A program made the position numbers and the translations under genes. Positions 56,801 to 64,000 of a stretch of DNA of 64,000 bases are shown piece after piece (within the stretch, counting starts at the first letter, position 1; the number at the start of each line of letters is the position of its first letter). The notes under the pieces were generated by a model. That model was given only the letters and a program-made list of their open reading frames with translations, did no database searches and was not told the origin of the DNA. The DNA lies in contig AL929603.2 of NCBI GenBank assembly GCA_000002445.1, positions 128,001 through 192,000 of the forward strand. The letters run 5' to 3'. The stretch is from Trypanosoma brucei. Its lineage: Eukaryota.

Positions 56801-58029
56801 TGGAAGAGCTGAATGTTAGCTCCTGCTATGGAATAAAAAAGGGTTGGGAGTCGCTCGGAAAGCTGCCTCTACTACGTGTAGCAATTCTATCTGATACTAA
56901 CATCACCGCTAAAGATATAGCTTGCCTCAGCAGTTGCAAAACACTTGTGAAACTGCAGTTTTCTTGGTGTGAGGAGTTGTCAGATGTTACGGTGGTGTAT
57001 GAGATTCAATCACTGGAGGAGCTGATAGTTAAGAAGTACTCAGACGGCCTAAAGGGACTAAATGCCCTTGGTACACTTCCACGGTTGCGTTTTCTCCATC
57101 TGCGAAATGTGAGAGGTAGTGATATATCTGTTGAATCTATTGGAACGAGCAAATCTCTCGTGAGGCTTAATATTGAAATGCGCGGGGAGTTAACAGACAT
57201 AACACCCCTCTCCAACATCACATCCCTTGAGGAATTGTCATTGTGGGAATGCCGTGATACCCTGGAAGGAGCTTGGACACTTGAGAGGTTACCACGGCTT
57301 AGATCGCTGGATCTGGGTTTATCTGACATTAGCGATAGCACACTTTATTATATTTGTCTGTCCCGATTCATTACGTCACTCAACCTAACCTCCAGTTGGA
57401 AACTAACAGACATATCTGGTATATCAAAGCTTACGGCGCTGGAGGAATTGAATCTGAGAGGATGTCACCGCATAACTTCAGGCTGGGAAGCACTAAGCGA
57501 ATTACCACGACTTCGTGTGCTCAACTTGGAATCCACCAGTGTTACGACGCGTGACGGTGGATATTATATCAGCAGATGCAAATCCCTCGTCACACTGAAT
57601 ATTCAATTGAGTGATATGACCGATGCTTCATGTCTTGCTAATATCAAGACACTGGAGGAGTTGCATATAGGGGAATGCGACGAGCTAACGCAGGGGTTTA
57701 GTGCACTTTTCACTCTTCCGAGGTTACGCATTCTTAACCTTATGGGTTCTCTCATTACAGATGAAGATCTCAGAGAAATTCAACCACCCCATACCATTGA
57801 GGAGCTCAATCTTTCTTATTGTAAAAATCTTAATGATATTACACCACTTGGGAGAATAAAATCAATTAAAAAATTGCATCTCAGTCAGAGCCATGATGTC
57901 AGAAGGCTCAGAGAAGGATTCAGGAGTCTTTTGGAATTGCCATGTCTTTCTTGGGTTGATCTCAGGAACGTGTATGGCTGGTTTGATGTTTATGTTGAAC
58001 TGAGAAAAAGAAGGGTACATATCCGTTAA
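53845..58029 (+). CDS. Leucine-rich repeat protein (LRRP) paralog, ~1394 aa, ~96-97% identical to 12214..16395(-)
   Basis: Same architecture; ATG at 53845 (MSGNQGRKRQRSS); differences from left copy clustered in patches. Confidence 0.8.
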   Translation: MSGNQGRKRQRSSSPEQSEALKEPSTTEQNKLTTITITEETRDASNDETVVSLLNEHEKLIKQTTRLESSVKALRCFMSNLTAMSGERQGGVCDDTECIHRVTLYNAADNAFSDEGLYEGALSSLCGRIQAKKLTITLSKGWKFNLEGVSKLKQLEELRIEYPRGKLVNMISLNNLDMLKRLCLRSNNIDNNDIHCIFSVGTLEELAITDTMQLTNIRGISRLTNLKCLELNSTDIDDSCIGEISACVKLSKLSVSECNNITDATPISQLAALEELNVNSCYHITKGIGTLGMLLRLRMLDLSGVPVEDNCLKDLCDCGSLERLNLSYCIQLTDINPLSSATAIEELNLNGCRRITRGIGVVWALPKLRVLHMKDVQLEDSVIGSLGNGNSFVRLSLENCAGFGDMTLLSSIVTLEELNIQKCADIISGVGCLGTLPYLRVLNVKEVHISSLDFTGIGASKSLLQLTLESITGLIDVEALANILTLEKLSLHGCTGIDAGIGCLGNLPQLKMLDLSGTNTDNESLRSLCLSQTMVSLNLSHCWKMTNVSHISSLEALNELNLNNCFGINAGWEAIEKLQQLHVAILSNTHITDRDISHFSKCKNLVTLDLSFCNKLLDVTTLSNITTLEELNLDSCSNIRKGLSVLGELPRLCVLNIKGVELEDSVIGSLGNGNSFVRLSLEHCKGFGDVTPLSNLVTLEELNLHYCDKVTSGMGTLGRLLQLRVLDLGRTQVDNNSLENICTSSIPLVLLNLSHCKKITSISAIASLTALEELNIDNCCNVTSGWNVFGTLHQLRVATLSNTRINDENVRYVSECKSLNTLNLAFCKDITDVTALSKITMLEELNLDCCHNIRKGIETLGKLPKARILSMKECYMGDSDAQQCSILGNSKSLVKLNLERSMGFISVKALSNIATLEELVLDHAREVCCIPSFSCLPRLRVLNLKYTDINGDVTKNISESKSLRLLNLSHCKWVTDISVLSSLSTLEELNVSSCYGIKKGWESLGKLPLLRVAILSDTNITAKDIACLSSCKTLVKLQFSWCEELSDVTVVYEIQSLEELIVKKYSDGLKGLNALGTLPRLRFLHLRNVRGSDISVESIGTSKSLVRLNIEMRGELTDITPLSNITSLEELSLWECRDTLEGAWTLERLPRLRSLDLGLSDISDSTLYYICLSRFITSLNLTSSWKLTDISGISKLTALEELNLRGCHRITSGWEALSELPRLRVLNLESTSVTTRDGGYYISRCKSLVTLNIQLSDMTDASCLANIKTLEELHIGECDELTQGFSALFTLPRLRILNLMGSLITDEDLREIQPPHTIEELNLSYCKNLNDITPLGRIKSIKKLHLSQSHDVRRLREGFRSLLELPCLSWVDLRNVYGWFDVYVELRKRRVHIR

Positions 58030-61000
58030 TATGTGACCCATTGCTTCACTTTGTATAATTGTAACCACTTATTGCTAAGAACACGTTATTAAATTTAACA
58101 GCCCGCTCGAGTAGTTTGCTCACTGTAGACACCATTATTCGGACAGATACCAGTAACAATTCACATGGATGATATTGTATGTTACACTACCTTAAATACG
58201 AGAAATACGAGGATTTCATTACAGTTATTTGAGTGTTTCGTATTTTACTAAGTCATACCAATCATATATTGTGAAGAATAAAGAACAGTTAGGAAAGTGT
58301 GTGTATGTATGCACAAGGCTTTTTTCTCAATGGAAATTTATATTTTAGTTGTAAGCGTAGTAATTATTGTATTATTCCCGTTCATATTACAACTATACCA
58401 AATGAACATATCATTATTTTATATGCCCTTCTAACTTTATGACTACACATCCACACACATATATATTGAATTATTATTACTATTTCTATCGTTCTTATTG
58501 TTATTACATGAAACACAACATTCACATTTAATTTTTACTCATAACCACACCCGAAAAGTAAAAGCACTCAACATTCTACAGTACTGTATGCCTGTCAATG
58601 ATATGAGGAAGTGAAGTTTATATACCATTAAAGTATGGTGAATATATCTCATTATTCTTATTATTATTTGTTTTACTGAAAGAAATGACAGAGTGACTTT
58701 ACAATTAATTATATCAGAGCAGCATCTTGTGCACCAAGTTCTTACATGGGAGAGGATAATACAACACATTACGTGTCTCGTGATTCTTTTTTACACTTGC
58801 CACTGGTGTATCTACATTCTCAAACAGTGCGATTGAATGTTCTCTTTTCATTAAAATATTATATTATAACTTGTTGTATTTGTTTGGTTTTGTAATAACA
58901 TAATTTATTTTATTACATTTCCTTTCAGAATTATTTGTGCCTAATATTTGTGAAGATGTCATACAATCTGAATTCCCTTGCACAGCAAAGGGTTGTGTAC
59001 CACATTAACCCATTAACATTTGTGCTACATGTGCATGGGAAAGTGTATTAAACATTTCACTGGTTTTGGGAAATATTATTTTCTTTCTTACAACATGATG
59101 CCTCAGTAGAACTGAAGGCGAGAGCAGATCCTTTCATTCATTTTATTTTCCTTTTCTCACCGTATCCGTATATGTTTATGACTTTCCAGAAAACACTGCT
59201 GAGGTAAATTATGTATTTCTTCATATTTACTTTTTATTTGACAATAACGAGCAAAGGATTTCCTCCTCACACACTTAAATTAATTAGACACTGCTGTTAG
59301 CTGATAAGTTACAGACAGCCGCACATTTAAGTTACACAAATCCACACCGATTCGAAATAGTAAAATATCAAATGTTATGTATTTATTTATTTAAGAAAAA
59401 AAAAAGAGACGAAAAGAAGCGCTGCATCTGAAGCAAGATGCATGTGAAATCGAAGAACAACTGTCACTTGAATATCATATCCCCAAATTGTTTCGCTTAC
59501 ATTATTAGCAGTAAATGCTTACGGAACTTGGGAAGTGAATAACTACTGAAATTAGAAGCATGAGGACGCACTGCGATGGCACATGAGAGAAACATTAGTG
59601 GGATTTTTATATATTGGAAAGTGGAGTGGCTTTAAGGTGTTTTACATGATGTTTAGTTGGAGATTGAAATACTTCAGAAAGTAGTGAAAGACTGTTATGA
59701 TACAGGAATCTTTTCGTTTACTAATTTCAAGCTCACTCCCGCGATGCACTATTTTCGGTTTACATTGCAAGAAGTGGTATGATATTTGCAACCGCTTATT
59801 TATTATTTATTTTTTCGAGTTTATATAAGTGTGGTTTGGTGGCGTGGAAAATTTTAGCATATGGTTAATGTCTTTGTGACAAGCAACTGCTCTGTTCGAG
59901 CGATGGTATTGGAAGGTTAAATATTAATTATATGTTTTATGAGTTATCAAATGCTGAATGCCACAACTGACTCGCTCTTCAAACAAAAACACTTTCTCAG
60001 CTTTTCCACTCTCAGCTAAAAATGTAGTTCAGTTTCTAAACAGCACACCACATCTCATTCACCATCGGGTAAAGAGATATTTGTTGTATGGTCAACACGA
60101 AAGTGGAGAAGTGCAGAAAGTATAAATAAAGAATATATATATATATATATCGAATTATGTTGGAACTGCAGGTATCATTCAACCTAAGAGCAAAAACACC
60201 TTTCCTTCTGTTGTGAGCCGCAACCATGCCGTGATGAAGTTACAAGTGGAAGGAATTGACTCAAATCATTCATCACCTAATATCTGTAATGTGAATATTT
60301 TTGTTGAGAGATATTTGTATGTTAATGAGAGACCATTATGCAGAGGGAAGAACAGCCGACGACTGCAACCTAAAACCCGTAATTTGCGGACTGTAATAAA
60401 CTTTAATAGTTTCATTTTATTATGTAAAGATGGCATCAGCAAATTATACTTGTAAGCTGTTTGAAGTCAAAACAACGATACGCGGAAGGGAATGTGCAGG
60501 TGGTGATTTAAATCGTATGTTTATGAGAAATTTGTATTGTGAATCAACTGTTGAAATATGTTGTGCGACATTAACACCAGATGTTTTTTTTTTCATATTA
60601 TTCTTCTTTTCTTTTTTTTGCTTGTCTGTCGAACAATCTGAGGTTTAGTTGATATATTCCTGAGTTTCATCACATGTGTTGCTGTTTATATAATACTAAT
60701 CGTTACAAACTAAATATCTGCAGTAAGTATAAAAACATACGATTTATTGCTACCTCTTGTTTAATTTCTCTTTATTCAAACGGCACTTTCTTTTAATCTT
60801 GTAAATAATTTTTTTATCGTTGTTTTATTTGTTTGCACACTTAATCCTCTGCGCACGCTGCAGCATTTATTTGCTTCTACATGCTCGCAAAAATATATAT
60901 ATATATATATAGATTATTTTTAAACAAATCGCTTTTGTGACTGATGTTTCTCCGGTTTGCATCGTATTATACGTGGAATGTAAGATTCGTTGATTAAACA

Positions 61001-61532
61001 TTTCATGGCGCATCATTATCGAGTTTTTTGTTATGAACCCATAATTAATCATGAGACAGGTTTGTACGAGTCATACTCCCTGCATAAATGCAATGCACTG
61101 AAGGAATGTAATTTTATTTATTTATTTATTACTACCATTATTATTGTCAGTATTAATATTCAGGTTTTCATCCATCACTATTTTATTATTTATATTTTCT
61201 TTCCAACATCTGTTTCAAGAAACATGGTCGATTGGAAATAATGTAAACATCAATGGTTAGAGAAACTTTGATTTGCTTTGACCGTGCAGATGCACACAGT
61301 TCAAAAGGTTTCAGAAAGGTGATGGGGAAGTTTAACCATATTTTTTATTACTGAATTATTTCTATAAAATGCTTTTTTTCTTTTGTATTGCACTTACATT
61401 CAAAACCAATTGGCCAGCGCTTTGAAGGCAGTCAAGTGGCGTATGGAAATATTTGCGTATTGGCGTTTTTTTAACGTGTGATGATTACGTTCCTAACGGT
61501 GATGGAAAAAAGTAACATATGAATGTGTGTTC

Positions 61533-61571
<39 letters not shown>

Positions 61572-62789
61572 TAAATGCCAAGTTCTCTTACTTTCTGTAT
61601 CAAATAGTGAGTCCTTTTTTTAATCTCATTTTTTCAAATGCGTATCGAGGTTTAGGAGGCACAATGTTGCTTAAAACTCAACTCTCACGAAAATGACACA
61701 AATTAAGGGAAGCTTCTATCGCAGCCACCATTTCCATGTGTGCAACAGTAAGCGAGTCATTGTAACAATTTTTTTTTGCGCGTGTGAAGTGTGAAATCCT
61801 CATGAGAACTCAAAATTTACCACAATAATACTCATTATGCAATGTGCTTTGAGTGGGGAGGGCGGCGCAGACTCAAATATCCAAAACAATTTATTTTCCC
61901 ATATGGCTGAGCGAACGGAAACTGTAGTGAAACACACACTGCAAAGCGAGAAAAGTATATCTCCTGGTGCCGACACTCTCCAACGATGTGAACCCAAAAC
62001 CCTTCATTTACGAACAGGAGGCTTCAGTTTGTTTATTTGTTTGTTTGTTTTTGAATCCATTCCTCACATCAGCGTCCAACATTAAATACAGGGAATTCAG
62101 AACCTTTATCATGACCATTATTGTTGTGTCTTGTAAGATGATACATATTTTATGATAGGAACTTACTGGGCACCAGCAGTCAACAAAAGAAATACGAAAG
62201 AACACAACAGTGATAAACATATATTACCTTGAAGTTACATGTGTACGTTTGCACGGAATTAGCTCAGTGATGTTTGCGAACTCAGAGAATGAGGAAAAGC
62301 GACAGTCAGATGAAATGAATAAAATACCAAATGTCGTGCATTCCTTGGAGGCATGAAAATAGATTCAATAACGCTAAGGCGTGACACAAATGAGGCATGC
62401 GTTTATCAACATCCGTTAAAAAGAGGGGAAATGTCAGTGAATACCTGAGGTAGCGCCAAAACTATTTTTTTTAATGGCCACAAAATGCTGCAGTAGAGCA
62501 GTGAGGAAATAATTTCATTGGATAGAAAAATGTGTAAGGAAAGGTTATTAAAATTATTTGAGATTTATAACTGTTCTATCTGAGTAACCATGTGCGTCCT
62601 TTAGTATAGGAATCCCTTTGCGATAAAGCTTCTATATTCTTTAAAAGGAAACGGTAAGAAGTTACATTAGCTAAAAAAGTAAAACAAATATTTTAATCAA
62701 GAACAATATTCAATATTTTGCTTCAGGACAAAAAAACACTTTTACTGGAAGAAAAGCGTCTGAGGGAACGTGAAGCAAGAGGTGATAAT

Positions 62790-63210
62790 GTTTTCAGTTT
62801 ATATAGCTCCGTATGCAATGCAAAGTGAAGTGACATTATAATGGACAACGAAACTCAAATGCTGGGCATGAAGTTTGTTGATGGAACGCGTGCTGATGAT
62901 ATAATGTGGAAAGATGAAGAAGTTAATGTCGTCCCCAAAATTGAGGAAGCTGTTGAGCATAAGCCGGAACGCACGGGAAGAAGTTGAAGCAATGGTTCCA
63001 ACATCTCAAATGGAGTGGTCGTACTCACAGTTTAATATTTAAATTCACAATGACATTCTCATTCAGAGAAAGGACTGGAGACTGTGAAATGTTGTGGAAA
63101 GAAGGCTCTGCGCTTGGCCAGCTGAGGAAACTCGAATACTAAGACACGCACCAAATCCTTACATTGTGATTGGAAACTCCAGAATCAGTAAGTCACTGGC
63201 CACCGGCTCA
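62790..63210 (+). pseudogene. Degenerate RHS pseudogene 5' fragment (mirror of 6984..7500) upstream of ingi-3
   Basis: 'LYSSVCNAK*SDIIMDNETQMLGMKFVDGTRADDIMWKDEEVNVVPKIEEAVEHKPERT' ~ RHS 28384 residues 50-110; 'IVIGNSRISKSLATGSLLLHTL' then ingi 5' end. Confidence 0.65.
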
Positions 63211-64000
63211 CTTCTCCTTCACACCCTGGCGATGCCGGCCACCTCAACGTGGTGCCAGGGTCCAGTACCCCGTATCATCGGGGGAAGCCAAGAGCCAGCA
63301 GCGTTCCTTTCATGGGGAACACTGCTGTGCTCCGGCTACGGCATCATACAGCACAGGGATCAGCAGCGTCTTGCTGGGACACCGTTTTTCATTTGTCGGT
63401 CCCTGGCCACGTGCCAGCGTGCCATCAGCAGTATATCATCCGCACTAAGATGCTGCTGTCCGGTGATGTGGAAGAGAATCCCGGCTCGTCGTTGCGCGGG
63501 ATGCAGTGGAACTGCGCCGGGCTATCTCAAGGAAAGAGATTAGCACTCCACAAAACCCTTGTTGATGAGCGGATCGCCTTTTGTCTGTTGAGCGAGACAA
63601 GGATGACGCCTGGAGAGGCGGCTTGCTTTAGCGTTGCTGGCTACCAACATCACGGAATAGCTCGTAACTGCAAAGGAGGTGGTGTATCAATACTAGTGAG
63701 GGAGGACCTACCAGTCGAGACCGGTATGGCCGTTGTTGGTCGCATTGAAAAAGTGCATGCAACAATTCACCTTGCACGTGGAACGGCGCTGACTGTCACG
63801 TCGGCATACATCCCACCAAAACACACCTTCACGGCAACTGACATAGATACGCTTCTGACAACTGACGGTGCCCAGCTCATCGGTGCAGACGCTAATGCAC
63901 ACGCGTTGGCATGGGATCGCGCGAGCCCACCAAATACCAAGGGTGAAACCCTCACACAGTGGTGCATTGACAACCAGTTTCTGGTCTGCAACACTGGTGA
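63211..64000 (+). mobile_element. ingi element 5' part (ingi-3), continues beyond window; 2A variant DVEENPGS (63464..63487)
   Basis: CACCCTGGCGATGCCGGCCACCTCAACGTGGTGCCAGGG at 63211; endonuclease ORF 'GMQWNCAGLSQGKRLALHKTLVDERIAFCLLSETRMT...' to window end; ccc ggc TCG instead of ccc ggc CCG. Confidence 0.85.

Larger units (their letters stand above)
47515..63470. repeat. Right arm (~16.0 kb) of giant inverted repeat (partner 6724..22727)
   Basis: See left arm; identity extends through RHS pseudo-5' and first ~250 bp of ingi-3/RIME, then RIME diverges at its internal deletion junction. Confidence 0.9.

Noticed and set aside
1-64000. Prokaryotic-style features (operons, CRISPR, rRNA/tRNA clusters, integrons)
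   Set aside because: The sequence is clearly kinetoplastid nuclear DNA, with ingi, RIME, RHS and LRRP. Nothing of that type is present.

Overview
This window reads as a trypanosomatid repeat island, most like a Trypanosoma brucei-group RHS/ingi locus. It is not a prokaryotic region: there are no rRNA genes, no CRISPR arrays and no operon-like structure.

What I recognise, from sequence motifs I know:
- Three ingi non-LTR retrotransposons. Each has the canonical 5' end CACCCTGGCGATGCCGGCCACC, a 2A-like peptide DVEENPG(P), an AP-endonuclease region, an RT with an FADD box, a C-terminal C2H2 zinc-finger cluster and a poly(A) tail. Two are complete at about 5.2 kb; the third runs off the right edge.
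- Two RIMEs of about 510 bp each (the ingi 5' 250 bp joined to its 3' 250 bp).
- At least nine copies or fragments of the retrotransposon hot spot (RHS) family, recognised by the P-loop G(T/N)PGIGKS. One looks intact (675 aa). One is an in-frame RHS::ingi fusion ORF (743 aa). The rest are frameshifted or truncated pseudogenes. Every ingi/RIME sits at the known RHS hot spot immediately 3' of the P-loop codons.
- Two near-identical ESAG8-like leucine-rich-repeat protein (LRRP) genes of about 1,393 aa on opposite strands.

The dominant architecture is nested inverted duplication:
1. A palindrome occupies 1..6211. It is centred at about 3107 with a 67-bp unique spacer, and it breaks inside an RHS N-terminal region.
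2. A giant inverted repeat has arms at about 6724..22727 and 47515..63470. The arms are about 16 kb each and roughly 97-98% identical. Each arm carries an LRRP gene pointing away from the centre. The spacer between them is 24.8 kb.
3. Inside that spacer, ingi-1 (+) and ingi-2 (-) form a third inverted pair centred at about 38725. This centre does not coincide with the outer repeat's centre at about 35121.

The spacer also holds a tandem set of RHS genes with a repeated upstream region of about 430 bp, and an ingi-RIME tandem sharing a 10-bp flank.

No VSG, ESAG, telomeric or centromeric AT-repeat array is visible. I see nothing that demands a wholly new 'system'. The points most worth a second look are the structural ones: the nested inverted repeats, the shared ingi frameshift, a 2A NPGP to NPGS variant, the RHS::ingi-2A fusion, an unexplained 86-bp insert, and intragenic conversion in LRRP.

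All of this is by eye, with no alignments run. Boundaries are accurate to within a few nucleotides to a few tens of nucleotides.
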